A DNA stretch of 64,000 nucleotides from Octopus bimaculoides (taxonomy: Eukaryota), in assembly GCF_001194135.2 (NCBI RefSeq), contig NC_068982.1:145283268-145347267 (forward strand), in the 5' to 3' direction. Each line of letters begins with the position of its first letter. Positions within the stretch are counted from its first letter, which is position 1. Of this stretch, positions 24,303 to 38,548 are shown one piece after another. The notes under the pieces were generated by a model. The model made no database searches and was not told the origin of the DNA. It saw only the letters and a program-made list of their open reading frames with translations. The translations under genes and the position numbers were made by a program.

Positions 24303-26622
24303 GAATCATTTGAAACAATTGGTGTTTCTCTCTTGCAATGGCTTCTTCCTTTTTCTGACATAAGGAAAAAAACTAAAACATTGAATTTTTCCTACGAAGC
24401 CTGACTATGGTTCAAGTAAGGCCTAAAGTGGTAATTGTTATATGAACAAACGAACTGAAAATTGCAATCTTTATCAATGCAAATAGTACCAATAGCAAAT
24501 AATTATTGATGTACGTATAGTGCTTAAAGTATTTCAGTGTAGTATTATATTTCGATATTGTAAATCTATATGTCACAGCACTATGCTACAAAATAGTTAG
24601 TGCCATACTAGATTATCTCAAAGCAATGAAAGGTAGATTTTCTTCTTTGAATCAAGTAGGAAAAAAAATCAATATCTAAAATCCTCAATAACAAAGAAAA
24701 ATCACACACACATATGCACGACCAAATGCTATACAATGGAATAATGTTAAAGATGCTTTAGGTTACAGTCAGACGCGAGCAAAGTAAAACATCCGTATGA
24801 ATGTTGTTTGTCTTGAAGGCATTCTGTTGCATTTCAATTGTGAGATATTGAAATTCATTTGTTGAGAATAATGTGGAAGATATGCGAAGACAGTGGTTGC
24901 AATGAGTAGAATAAAATCTTTAAAGTAGCAGTGTAAAATTAGATGAATATTCTGAAAAAAAGTATTTTGCTGTTCTTTTGGTTTTTCATGACTTCTCAAA
25001 CTTGACACCGAATCTCTAAGTACTCACTTGAGCTGCTAGAAATAGCAGCCAAATCTCACTCAAATTACAATCACGCAGTCTTGAGTAACATGAAATTAAT
25101 TGAACAAAAACCGGTACTGTCACGGATGAAATGTCATATACAAAAAGTGGTGCTGACATTGATGAAATGCGTTTAACCGTTAGTCTACTTAATATCGATG
25201 ACAAGCTATTGAATAGCAAACTACAAAGACATACCAGAGTAATTTGAATTGTGAGTGTTCAGAAACGGAGCTAAGTAATATTGTATAGTTAGTAAAATCG
25301 TACATTGAATTACACTGGTATCCTCTTATCACTCTCACTGTTGGAAATTCATTGATCCGTTGACTGATCTGTTTGGAAACCTTGAACTAACAACCTTGTT
25401 GTCCACAAATTACATTATAGAAAACAAATGCCAGATGTCTGCATAACGTCTGAAACATGCGTAAGTGTAGTTAGTTAACGAGAAGTGTTCAGTAATATAT
25501 TCTGCCTATCACTTATCGACTAAAATCGTGAGGTAGACAACGATTGAGAAAATACGCTAAACGTAGTTTTGCTTGTGCATGTACTGCGTTGGAATTGAAG
25601 TGCAGTAGACAGCAACGGTAATGAATTAACTGCAGAAGTGTTACTTCTAAACCAATCTTAGTTGAGGAGAACCAAGAACTATGAGGGAGAACAATTTTGA
25701 AAATTTACAGAAATTCTCTTGGTAACATATTAGTCGTGCGATGCACAAAGACAGGGTTCCCTGTTGTAGGCACTGTCCTTCACCATTATCTTTTGCAGTA
25801 GCACTGAGAGCGAACTAAACAGAAGCTTTGGAGTTGCAGGCCTTTGTAGCACGAGGAATGCAAAGCTACAAACCAAAGTGGATGGAATTGCTTCACACTT
25901 AGTGCATTTTTTCTGTTAAATGAGGTGGACGTAAAATACATTTATCACTAAAAGTAGTTCCTTTCTAAAATATTAACTCATCATCTACCCTGATAACACG
26001 TGACACAAATGAACTTTTTCTGTTTTCGGTGTGAAATCTATACCTTTATGAGTGAAGGATTACAACTCAGCAGAGAAAATACATATAACGTCCCGAATCA
26101 CGTATAAGTATCCCACAATCAGAACGGTGGGATTTGAAATGAAGATATAGTGTTGTATAGCAAAATACTTGCCGTTAATCTACCGTTTAGCAATTTCTGA
26201 TTCCTGCCAACGTCTTTCTTTGAAGTTTATTTTAATTTAGCATTTTACGTACTAATGATCAATAGTTTAAAACCAATAAATGCACAGACATAATTGTGTA
26301 ATTCGTATAAATGCTAAAGCATACCTTATCACTTATTTCGCTTTGTATTAGATATCACTGAAAAGAATCTGTAATAATTCGTTGCAAAACGTAAACTTTA
26401 GATAAAACTGTTTTCATTTGGCAGACGCCATATGAAAATCTCCTATTCATTAACAAAATATGATTACTTGTTCAATATAAATAGTCTAATAGATAAAGTC
26501 ACACTTATTGAGATTATAGATTCCCATCTCAGATATTATCCTGTTAAGTTGTTTAAAATAACGTCGAAGATAATATCTGTAGGGGTTGGCAAAGTAATAA
26601 AAGTTGCATAATGCTTCGACAA

Positions 26623-26655
<33 letters not shown>

Positions 26656-27187
26656 NNNNNNNNNNNNNNNNNNNNNNNNNNNNNNNNNNNNNNNNNNNNN
26701 NNNNNNNNNNNNNNNNNNNNNNNNNNNNNNNNNNNNNNNNNNNNNNNNNNNNNNNNNNNNNNNNNNNNNNNNNNNNNNNNNNNNNNNNNNNNNNNNNNNN
26801 NNNNNNNNNNNNNNNNNNNNNNNNNNNNNNNNNNNNNNNNNNNNNNNNNNNNNNNNNNNNNNNNNNNNNNNNNNNNNNNNNNNNNNNNNNNNNNNNNNNN
26901 NNNNNNNNNNNNNNNNNNNNNNNNNNNNNNNNNNNNNNNNNNNNNNNNNNNNNNNNNNNNNNNNNNNNNNNNNNNNNNNNNNNNNNNNNNNNNNNNNNNN
27001 NNNNNNNNNNNNNNNNNNNNNNNNNNNNNNNNNNNNNNNNNNNNNNNNNNNNNNNNNNNNNNNNNNNNNNNNNNNNNNNNNNNNNNNNNNNNNNNNNNNN
27101 NNNNNNNNNNNNNNNNNNNNNNNNNNNNNNNNNNNNNNNNNNNNNNNNNNNNNNNNNNNNNNNNNNNNNNNNNNNNNNNNNNNNNNN

Positions 27188-27240
<53 letters not shown>

Positions 27241-27805
27241 ACAGAAACGCATACACACACACACGCACAGATATATAAAACACAAACACCTACACACACG
27301 CATGTATTTCATGTCGCTAGGAATAGATATGGTAGCCACCTGTGAGATCATAAGTTAAAACAAATAGTCATTTGCGCTTTTCTACGATGACCGCAAGATC
27401 TAGGGATCCTTCAGTCAGTCAGCATTATGCTATATAACATTTTTATTTCGGAAAGGCATGAGTTTCGAGAGATAGAAAATTGTCAGAGATCCAAATAGTA
27501 AATCTCCATTGTTGGTTGTGAATAGTAACAATGACCGTGTCTTTGAATTAGCAATTGTTTATGTCTCTACCGGGCGTTGGTGGCAAACTTTCTCATGCGT
27601 CTAAAAACCCATTTAGAAATGGCTCGCTCGCTTGTGTTAGTGGGCGACTGAACTTGCATGTTAGACGCATAAACCTAATATGTTGGCGTAAATTATGGCA
27701 GAAAAGATGTGAGGTGTAAAAGTACTACAAATGTGCTTAGGCTGTTACAACTGCCTGACAGGTAGCAATTTTGTCCTGGATGGGACGATATGGATTGAAT
27801 ACTCT

Positions 27806-27876
<71 letters not shown>
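27806..27876. repeat. (TTTC)n microsatellite
   Basis: Read directly. Confidence 0.95.
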
Positions 27877-29408
27877 ATGCGTGTGGGTGTATGTAAGTGT
27901 GTGTGAGTGTGTCTGTAAGCATGTGTGTACTTTATGTGTATATATCCCTTTGCCTGTGTGCGTGTGTGTGTATGTAGGAGAGAAAATTGAAAGATAGAGA
28001 AAGACAGAAACAAAGAGAAGGTTGTGTGAGAGAAAGAGAAAGAGAAAGAATGAGAGAAAGAATGAGAGAAAGAGAGAGAGATGATAGGAAGATAGTTCGC
28101 GAAAGATTATGAAAAAAATGATAGCTATGAGTGTGAGTTGTGCTACTACACCTAGTATTGGGGTTTATTCCCACTGCCAGCTATTTGCCTGAAGGACTAT
28201 ACATTTTCATCTACTTTCAGAATTCAAAACAGTTCTAGACAATCATTTATTATTTTGAAATTGGCACCAAGGTATTAAGTCTTATTTAAAGGTCAAAGAC
28301 AATTTAAATGCAATATCTGTTAGTTAAATGAAGGCATAGTGTCTTCGTAACGGATATTAACGTCGAGTTGAAATGCTGTCCTCTACCATGGTCGTGACGG
28401 TGATAACTAATATGAACTAAAGAATAAACTACATTACGTGTGTTCCATTCACACGATGCCCTGTTTTAATGCTGATCAGTTTAGGTTTGGGAACTGTTTG
28501 TCTTGCTTTTCTTGGCCAAGAGTTATCAGAAATGCTAACGACCCATTTTTTCCTTATAGGCACACTTTTAGTTGATTACTACAGTATGCTCACTGCCAAG
28601 GAAATAGAAATAAACGAACTCACTATTCGAAGTCTTAATAGTTGGTAAATAGTAATAGTTGGGAACTGTATAAACATCTGCTTTGGCATAACCTTTTATT
28701 TCATTCGCCTCTAAAAATATCTTATTTCCAACTAATCAACATTTTACATTATTGTTTTATTCAATATCATTTGGCGAAATTGAATTGATATTCGTTTCGT
28801 TCTTTTAATAGATCAGACTACTGCAGTGTTGGAATAAATAAATATGGACAGGGATGCAAAGAAAAAAAAAATCTTCATGAGGGGAAATCAAAAAGTTTCT
28901 TTATTATAACTTTTGTTGAGTTCTAACGTATATAGACTCTATAACAAATACACCTTATAACTGAAAGTTCTGTTTCAAATATAGTGTTTCTCCAATTCGT
29001 AGTCAAAACAAAACTGAAATAAATTGTTGCCAGAAAAATATAAATTACTATGAAAAAGCGTCTGACATTATTTGGTATCGCCTACGTGCTTGAAGGGAAA
29101 CTGTGAGTTAAAACGGAATCACTGAAAAGAAATATATAAAAAAAGTAAAGTATGTTGTCAAACTTTCTTGTTTCAATAATTCGTTCTTGTGTTTAACTTT
29201 TATATTTTCGTCTACGTTTATTATAAAAATCTGTACTGTCTGGGACTTCAAATTTTCGCTGACAGCTTAATCAGTCTGTCATATTGAATAAGCCTCTTGG
29301 TGAAACTACATGTCTCAGTCACCTGGGTCCTTTTAATAAATTTGACTCAACTCTCAGTATAAAAAAAAGAAAAATGTAAAGTTTCCTTCTCTAGTCATAC
29401 CAACTAAT

Positions 29409-29605
29409 TAGGGCCGGTTTCCCAGTTTCCATGTCGATTACTTATAAGTAATCGCAGGATTACTTATTTTTGCCAGCTGAGTAGACTAGAGCAACGTAAA
29501 ATGAAATGTTTTGCTTAAGAATACAACCCGTCGCCCGGTCCAGGAACTGAAACCACAATCTTACGATCGTGAGTCCAGCCCCTTAACCACTAAGATACGC
29601 ACCTC
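29409..29605 (-). mobile_element. Family C tRNA-headed SINE
   Basis: Head revcomp gaggtgcgtatcttagtggttaaggggctggactcacgatcgtaagattgtggtttcagttcctggaccgggc. The body is shared with 56264-56466. Confidence 0.8.
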
Positions 29606-29673
29606 TGCATCTTCGGTATTGAATTACGTCTGTAGTAAATGTTCTGTTATTCTTCAAATAACTTTACAATAAT

Positions 29674-29902
29674 GATTTTAAATTTTAACACAAAGCTAGC
29701 CTTTTCGGTTGAGGGAGTAAGTGAATTTACATCGACCACCAACCCACGCCCAGTGTTCAACTGCTACTTATTTTATCGACCCCGAAAAAAATGAAAGGTA
29801 AAGACGGCCTCGGTGTAATTTGAACTCAGAATGTAAAGACGGACGAAATGCGGCTTAGCATTTTGTTCGGTATGCTATCGATTCTGTCATTTGGTCGTCT
29901 TA
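29674..29902 (-). mobile_element. Family A SINE with exact 18-bp TSD
   Basis: Family A body. AAATAACTTTACAATAAT occurs at 29656-29673 and 29903-29920. Confidence 0.9.
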
Positions 29903-30367
29903 AAATAACTTTACAATAATAACCGTAATTTAAGATTTTCCTTCGCTTTGTATGGTTTAGTTACGGAGAAAGGAGAGTGTCCATGATCTTTGAAAACCTT
30001 TCATGATTAGTTAGATCGATTTTTTGTTTGTTTGAATAACTGTAACGCAACGCATCAGTGGGGCGGGAGTTTCAGGAGATTGACACATTGATAAGGATTA
30101 GGTAAAGTGGCTGGTGTCAGCTTTCTGAGAGGGTGAAACGAAGTATGAGCGAAAGATAGAGCAAAAACGAAATTGTGTGGTAGCCGTGGTAGAAAAAGTA
30201 ACTAACGAGGTAAATCATGGAAAACTAAGTTATCTAGTTATAAAGATCGTGACCAAGAGATTAAACACGTATTTCATTAGAAACAAATCCCAGTACAGTT
30301 ATCAAGATTTTTTGAGATATAGACTCAGCTCTCATAATGATTATTGTTATTATGATACTGTTATTGT

Positions 30368-30765
30368 GTGGAGGCGCAATGGCCCAGTCGTTAGGGCAGC
30401 GGACTCGCGGTCGTAGGATCGCGGTTTCGATTCCCAGACCGGGCGTTGTGAGTGTTTATTGAGCGAACACACCCGAAGCTCCACGAGGCTCCGGCAGGGG
30501 AGTTGTGGCGAACCCTGCTGTACTCTCTCTCTCATTCTTACTTCCTGTTTCTGCTGTGCCTGTAATTGAAAGGGGCCCAGCCTTGTCACGCTGAATATCT
30601 ACGAGAACTACGTTAAGGGTACACGTGTCTGTGGCGTGCTCAGCCACTTGCACGTTAATTTCACGAGCAGNNNNNNNNNNACTTGCACGTTAATTTCACG
30701 AGCAGGCTGTTCCATTGATCAGATCAACTGGAACCCTCGACGTCGTAAGCGACGGAGTGCCAAGA
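30368..30765 (+). mobile_element. Family D tRNA-headed SINE, full length, 11-bp TSD with one mismatch
   Basis: Head TGGCCCAGTCGTTAGG...GGTTTCGATTCCCAGACCGGGC. ACTGTTATTGT (30357-30367) and ACTGTTATAGT (30766-30776) flank it. A 10-N gap lies inside. Confidence 0.85.
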
Positions 30766-31140
30766 ACTGTTATAGTTGTTGCTACTCTGCTGTTACCGTT
30801 GATATTGTTTAGCCCAGGTGTATTTGGATGAGCATAATTATGCTAAAAAGCATTGAAACTGCAATCACTTTGTCCGCTAACCAAACAGAATATCTAGTAC
30901 TGCACTGATGTGTCCTTTTTTGTGCATAATGCAGGCAAGAGGTTTGAAGCAATATAAATGTATTGTAACTTTCACTAATGAAACGAAAATAATGATGGAA
31001 ACTTCGTTCAAAGAGAGAAATAACTTCTTTATTTATCTACGGCTAATTGCAATAAATTATATCAAGAGAAATATTGATAATATGATTACTTTTTAATGAA
31101 ATGCATTCTTAATTCAATATCTAATAACATTTTCTTTGTA

Positions 31141-31191
<51 letters not shown>

Positions 31192-31376
31192 AAGATAGAG
31201 AGAGTGTGAGAGAGAGTGAGAGAGAGAGAGATAGGGAGAGAGAGATAGAGAGAAAGAGAGAAGGTTGAAATGTACTTTAGAGTAATAATATGCTAGAAGA
31301 AAAATATATGTGCATGTGTGTAAGTGTTTGTGTTTTATATATGTGTGCGTGTGTGTGTGTGTGTCTGCGTTTCTGT

Positions 31377-31409
<33 letters not shown>

Positions 31410-31438
31410 ATGTGTGTGTGTGTGTGTTTGTGTTTGTG

Positions 31439-31471
<33 letters not shown>

Positions 31472-32599
31472 CATGTGTGTGTATATGTGTTTGTGTTATA
31501 TGTAGATGTGATTGTGAGTGCATGCGTTTATGTTATATATATATATATATGCGCTTGTGATATATATATATATATNNNNNNNNNNNNNNNNNNNNNNNNN
31601 NNNNNNNNNNNNNNNNNNNNNNNNNNNNNNNNNNNNNNNNNNNNNNNNNNNNNNNNNNNNNNNNNNNNNNNNNNNNNNNNNNNNNNNNNNNNNNNNNNNN
31701 NNNNNNNNNNNNNNNNNNNNNNNNNNNNNNNNNNNNNNNNNNNNNNNNNNNNNNNNNNNNNNNNNNNNNNNNNNNNNNNNNNNNNNNNNNNNNNNNNNNN
31801 NNNNNNNNNNNNNNNNNNNNNNNNNNNNNNNNNNNNNNNNNNNNNNNNNNNNNNNNNNNNNNNNNNNNNNNNNNNNNNNNNNNNNNNNNNNNNNNNNNNN
31901 NNNNNNNNNNNNNNNNNNNNNNNNNNNNNNNNNNNNNNNNNNNNNNNNNNNNNNNNNNNNNNNNNNNNNNNNNNNNNNNNNNNNNNNNNNNNNNNNNNNN
32001 NNNNNNNNNNNNNNNNNNNNNNNNNNNNNNNNNNNNNNNNNNNNNNNNNNNNNNNNNNNNNNNNNNNNNNNNNNNNNNNNNNNNNNNNNNNNNNNNNNNN
32101 NNNNNNNNNNNNNNNNNNNNNNNNNNNNNNNNNNNNNNNNNNNNNNNNNNNNNNNNNNNNNNNNNNNNNNNNNNNNNNNNNNNNNNNNNNNNNNNNNNNN
32201 NNNNNNNNNNNNNNNNNNNNNNNNNNNNNNNNNNNNNNNNNNNNNNNNNNNNNNNNNNNNNNNNNNNNNNNNNNNNNNNNNNNNNNNNNNNNNNNNNNNN
32301 NNNNNNNNNNNNNNNNNNNNNNNNNNNNNNNNNNNNNNNNNNNNNNNNNNNNNNNNNNNNNNNNNNNNNNNNNNNNNNNNNNNNNNNNNNNNNNNNNNNN
32401 NNNNNNNNNNNNNNNNNNNNNNNNNNNNNNNNNNNNNNNNNNNNNNNNNNNNNNNNNNNNNNNNNNNNNNNNNNNNNNNNNNNNNNNNNNNCAGTATTAC
32501 CTGAAATCTCTGGGTCTAATTGACACCACAATCGTTCATAACCTATATATATATATTATATATATTCATAAAGTACATGTATATATTTATATATGCATG

Positions 32600-32638
<39 letters not shown>

Positions 32639-32742
32639 AATCGAAAAAAAAAAAACGAAAATCAAACACAAAAGAAAACAACAATGCGAGGACGTGGTAC
32701 ATGTAAAGCATTAGCAGACGCTCAGGGAAGGAAAGAAAGGTA

Positions 32743-32777
32743 GTTTAACGTTTCGAGCAAAGCTCTTCTTCGAAAAC
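32743..32777 (-). ncRNA. Degenerate minimal type I hammerhead-like motif in a short repeat
   Basis: The minus strand reads GUUU UCGAAGA A GAGC-uuu-GCUC GAAA CGUU AAAC. Stem I is GUUU/AAAC and stem III is the palindrome ACGU. Core positions 3-4 are altered. Confidence 0.45.
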
Positions 32778-35191
32778 AGAGAAAAGTCAGATAGGAAAGG
32801 AAGGCGGAGGAAAACAAATCGCCAAGGATTCACATGTTACATTTTGAAATATATATTTGCATATATAAATATTTATGTATATATGTAAAATTATATATAC
32901 TTTGTAAACACATGTACATGTAGATACACACATACACACACGCATACACGCGTGCGCGCACACACACACACACACACACATCATGCTGAATTCATAAGTA
33001 CTGGGTTGTTGAAAAGTAGTAAAATCAATATTTTGTTTTATGATCAAAATATAGAGAAGAAAAAAAAAAGACAATGAGAATTTAGATACATACAAGACTA
33101 AAATGTCTAATGTAATAGATTGTCTTGACATTTTAAGCGAGCCATATACGTTATGACAATGTTGAGTGTCAACGTTAAGTGATCCTTGTCGTCAGTAACG
33201 AATATTACGGCTTCGCGTTTTGCACTTTTGTTTGTTTCTCAGAGCGAAATGGCATGACAGCTTGATATAGTGTCATATGTATAAACTTTTGATTGTTTTA
33301 AATATAAACACATTAATGTGAATCGACTATTTGTACTATTATCTTTTTAATATTACTGAACTTGCGACAGATCTGAGCTCGTGACTATATTACATTAAAT
33401 CACTAAAAATAAATTTCAACTAGCAAGTGACCAATAAACTATCCTTTTCGTAAAGCATAAATTATTCAAATGACATCTACACAAAAGGGAAGAACTGAGT
33501 GTTGGCAACTGTTTGAGAATTTTATTACTAATATTCAGTACAACAAATGTATTAAAATAAAACTAACTATCACATTATTCCTGTTATAAATCTTATCGTA
33601 TCTATGATTTTTCGGATAATATTTATATAATATATTATAGAAGTATTTAGTGATAATTGTTCTCACATTCAGATGGAACAAAACAGTAGTCTCTACTTTT
33701 CCACCTTTCTCTCTATGGGAGTCAATATTAGTATTTTTATATAATTCATATAACTCTTAATACCATTGCGTTTCTGCGAATCATCATCAACGGCCGCCGC
33801 TTTGTTGAAAGAACATAAATTACAGGAAATAAGCACAGAGAAGCAGTTTTCAGTAAAATATTTGTGACGTTTGGTGTGTTGTCTGAAGCAATATTTATGT
33901 ATTGTAACTTTCAAATGGCAAATAAAGATAATATTGAGAGTATTTCATAATAATTGATAAATGTTTATTTATCTTGGGTTTCCTGCAATATGAAGTCAAC
34001 ATTTTGTTTGTGTGTGTGTGTACGCATGCTTGTCTATATGTGTGCGTGTGTGTGTGCGTGTGTGTGTGCGTGTGTGTGTGTGTGCGTGTCTCTGTGTGCA
34101 TGCATCTTTGTTGAAATGTATTTTAAATGTAACCCTACCAAAGGAAACCAAACACACAAATACAAAAACAGATGTAAAAATATCATCAACTTTCTGAATA
34201 ACTGAAGGTGTTAAAAAGTTTATGACAATATGTGTGTCATCATTAACAATCACACGCCTTTATAAGAACTAGAATACAAATTTTTATGAAAATAAATTTA
34301 ATTTGCATTAGAAAGTTTTTCATTCTTAGCCAAATAGAAGAAAATTTTATTAGGTCGTTGATCTTGTGCGCCATATTCTGGAAACTAACAATTTAAAGTC
34401 ATCCTGAGTCATATTTTAGGTCGGTTGTTTAGACTAAGGCCAGCTCCGACTTAGAAACTTTAATCGAAACATGTCAGCCCGGACCATTCTATCAATTATT
34501 TAAAGACGGTGATTTGATGAGAAATTTTATCTACAATTTCAAGCAGGCCCAGGGATCTTGCAGATATTTCCACGATAGATCGTTCACATTTCCTCTTTTA
34601 CTCTTTTACTAGTTTCAGCCATACGGCTGTTATCATGCTGGAGCCCCACGTTGAATTATATTCCACTTTTCTTTTTAGAGTCTCTCATATACTACAGTTT
34701 GTTTTAGATCTCGGTAAAGACGCTGTGTCTGCTAGATGACAATCGTTTCAGCAAAATTTGTAAGACAAGACATACACATTATTATTCTCTTCCCAGCAGC
34801 CCTCACCCAAATAATATCAGATCTTCTTATGTTCATCTAAACTACAAATATGTTCCATTAATAGAAAGTTAGATTCAGCAAAACAGACCGCATTTTCTTG
34901 TCTCTCTTGAGAGTTATCCCAATTTGTGTGCTTAAATACTACCTATGAGATTAGATACGTGCAGCCTGTATACGAATGAGGAAGTAAAGATAGACTGATA
35001 TACACAGAGAGAAATATATATAGAGAGAAAAGGGAGAGCGAAAGAGGGAGAGAGAGAGAGAGAGAGTGTGTGTGGGAAACAGAGTCAGAGACTGCGAGAG
35101 AATGAGAGAAAGAGAGATAGAGGGAGACACAGAGAGAGATATAAACATACTGAGCTTGCCTGAGTTTAAAAAAGAAATAAATTTAAAGTGA

Positions 35192-35222
<31 letters not shown>

Positions 35223-35237
35223 GTGTGTGCGTGTACG

Positions 35238-35276
<39 letters not shown>

Positions 35277-36606
35277 GTATTTATATGTATATGTATGTAT
35301 ATATGTATATATAAATATATGAGCAGATACTATANNNNNNNNNNNNNNNNNNNNNNATATATATATATATATATACGTATTTATATGTATATGTATGTAT
35401 GTATATATATATGCATATGCATAAACGATGAGAGAAAAGAACGATATAGGAAGAATAAGAGAATATGGTGTGTAGAGCAACGGGGGAAGTGAAACAAAGT
35501 GTAAGACTGAGAGAGAGAGAAAAGCGTGAAAACAACACACACACAAACACGCACATACACACATATATGTATATACATATATCGATATAGATAGATATGT
35601 ATACATGTATACACACACATATACATACATACAAACATATGTATATGTACATATATAAGAGTTTTAATTTTAGCAATGTTAAATTAAAAGGTTAGAAAAA
35701 AACAAGCATTTACCGATGAAAGAACCCAATAATATAGAGTTAATCTTATACAGATATTGGGTTGGTTAATGCTTCAAACTTCGGTTATATTGGGTTACTC
35801 AACCAAATAAATAAGTCGATAAATGCGAAATGTAATGTGTGTGCGCACACACACACACAAACACATACATACAGAAACACATACACACACACATGTATAT
35901 ACTTATATATATATTTGTGTGTGAGTTCGTTTCTATGTGCGTGTAGGAGTATGTGTTCATCTGTCTCTCTATAATTATTTGGTTATCTAGTTAGGATCAG
36001 TGGAAGTGAAAACAAGAAAGACAGAAATTTTGAGTAAATAAAATGGTAGAGAAAGATATTGAGTACTATTGAGGGAATGAACTTGATAAAAGTGGATAAA
36101 AAAAATGATATAAGATAGTTTCTAAAACTTCGTTCCAAAACTTTAAAAAAAAGTATTGAAATGGAATTAGAAAAATCTCACAAAAATAATGTAATTACTA
36201 TAAAGACGTATACAACACAACCGCCACGCCAATAAGAAAACATACAATTACAGGAATATAGAAATATAATACAAAATAATAAACGTATTAACGAACCTTC
36301 CTATTCCTACAAACATAACATAATAAACTAACTCCACATGAGAGAACAAAGTCAAACAAAACTCAATACATTCTATATCGTATAAAGAGGCAATTTCAGT
36401 TTCCTGGGCAATGTATATGAATTGCCGAAATCAATATTTTATTAAATGTGCGCGTGACAGAATAGAAACCTGAATGATATCTAATATCACCCGATGGAGT
36501 GTATCTGAAATGGATCTTATCTAAAGGAATGAAAGGAATTGAGTGAATAGACACGAAAGAATTGTTGCTCAGCAAACTAGATTTTATTATGAAGAAGAAG
36601 AAGGAA

Positions 36607-36646
<40 letters not shown>

Positions 36647-37204
36647 GGAGATACAGAGAGTAAGAGAGAGGGAAAGAGAGGGAGAGGAAGAGAGAAGATG
36701 ATAGGAGAAAAAGGTAGAGAAAAACGTCTGGAATTTAAACTTCTAGTAATTCCTGATCATGCATACATACATACATACATACATACATACGTACGTACGT
36801 ACGTACGTACGTACGTACGTACGTACGTACATAAATACATATCTACATACCTACATACATACATACATAATTGGACTATCTATGCACACCTACATCAAAT
36901 CTTGCAGCTCTTCTCCTCTAGTTATACATTTATCCTAATAATCATAGGTACACTGGATTTTGTTAGTCAAGAAAAAATGTGAATCTGAAACAAGGAAAGA
37001 AAAAGACAGCCTAACACGAACTTAACCGATAGTATCAGTTAATGAAACAGAAAATATATGCAAAACTTTCATGCAATTATCATTGTTGTTGCCTGAATTC
37101 TATGATAGACCTTTTGTTTTTTTAAAATTAGAAACCAACTGTCTCCTTCCTGAATGAATTGTAATATATGAAAAAGTTAAGGCTGATATGCATATTTACC
37201 TATA

Positions 37205-38230
37205 CAGGGTGTTCAGACAAATCAAACGATTTTTTATGTCTCTTTTCTTTTTCAGGAACAGCAGAATGACTTGCTGAGCACTCTACAATGTTAGAGAGTA
37301 AAAAGATTAAAATTGTAGCCGAATAAAAATTAGCTGACGTGTGCACTGGAAGCCATCTGAATATTGGAAAAGATTTACCTATATCATAATGATTCGAGCC
37401 GGCTATCAAAAATGCAGCGTAATGAGTGCTGCTCAATGCTCTAAGAACAATGTAAATGCTGTAATACGTGACGTAGACAGCTGCAACATGAAGCCGTGGC
37501 ATTAGGAAAGGACACAGAAAGCGTCCTGACGATGGGATCATGATGGAAATCGTCCCCACATTCTGAACCAGACTTTAGGCTTAATTGAGGGGGCTGTGTG
37601 AAGTTGCTGGAGACTGTGGTCAATTTCTGGATGGAGAGGGTTGCTGCAAGCAGGCCCTATGAGTGGCAGCAGGATTCAGCTTCGGTATTATTTGATTCTT
37701 CCACTCGCAGGATTTTCACTAAGAAAAAAAAAAAAACTCGAATTTTTTGCGTGGAATCAAGTACTCTGACCTCCTCATATGCTGCAAACCCTTTATTTTT
37801 GTTCGGAAAAGGGGGGGTGGAGAAACTAGAACCCCTTTTTTCCGAACAAAAATAAGAGGTTTGTGCATGTATGTCAGGGTAATTGATTCCACGCAAAAAC
37901 TCCGGGTTTTTTTTTCTAAGTGAAAATCGTACAAGTGAAAGGATCAAACTTTACCTCAGCTTCTTGCTATATCACTGGAAAGTAGCTGTGAGAGAATGTC
38001 TACTTCACCAGCCCAAATGTCTGGCCTCCCAATTGCCCAAATTTTAAGCTCTTGGATGAGACGCAGTGTAGAAAGCTGTTCAACGTTCTACCTGCGAGAA
38101 AAATGCCGATCTGGTAGTCAAGATCAAGGTTGTATTCAGAGATATTTCCAGGAAGACAGTGAAGAACGCAAGCACCAGATACTCGAGCTGTCTCGAAGCT
38201 AAGAGCTGCTATTCTGGGTAAACTATTATC
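37205..38230 (+). mobile_element. Internally deleted, decayed maT-like Tc1/mariner element interrupted by a MITE
   Basis: It begins TA|CAGGGTGTTCAG (mariner-type terminus). It then reads CVKLLETVVNFWMERVAASRPYEWQQDSAS, [insertion 37684-37955], CYITGK*L*ENVYFTSPNVWPPNCPNFKLLD and LVVKIKVVFRDISRKTVKNASTRYSSCLE. It is homologous to the 3757-4330 copy. The 3' TIR was not found. Confidence 0.75.
37684..37955. mobile_element. 272-bp palindromic MITE, 5'-GGTA...TACC-3', 8-bp TSD (Merlin-like)
   Basis: Arm 37684-37818 is the imperfect reverse complement of 37831-37955. An exact TSD TCAGCTTC lies at 37676-37683 and 37956-37963. Removing the element restores the host transposase reading QQDSASC. Confidence 0.85.
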
Positions 38231-38431
38231 ATTATCACTCACCCATAATCTAGTCGATATCTTTGATGTTTTAAAATACTCAGAATGACCACTCTTCAAT
38301 GACTGTCACAAGTAAAAGATATATATATGTATATATATATATTGGCGATAACTATTAATTTCCAGTACCGCTGCCGTAGTCTCCTTTAGAGAGACTTAGC
38401 GATATTAATCTCTCTCTCTCTCTCTCTCTCT

Positions 38432-38489
<58 letters not shown>

Positions 38490-38548
38490 NNNNNNNNNNG
38501 TGTAAATAACAAAAGTATATATTAGTATGACGCTCGGGAATACGGAAA

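Noticed and set aside
25028-25220. Minus-strand 193-nt exon-like segment with a good acceptor, GTGAGT donor and open frame
   Set aside because: Its 3' part is an interspersed repeat fragment (also at 54196 and 63301) and the peptide is unrecognisable.
30368-30445. tRNA-like sequences (A and B boxes) here and at 40981
   Set aside because: They are SINE heads continuous with repeat bodies and lack a complete cloverleaf, so they are not tRNA genes.
30646-30705. 25-bp direct duplication around a 10-N gap inside the family D SINE
   Set aside because: This is the typical pattern of unmerged overlapping contig ends, so it is an assembly artefact.
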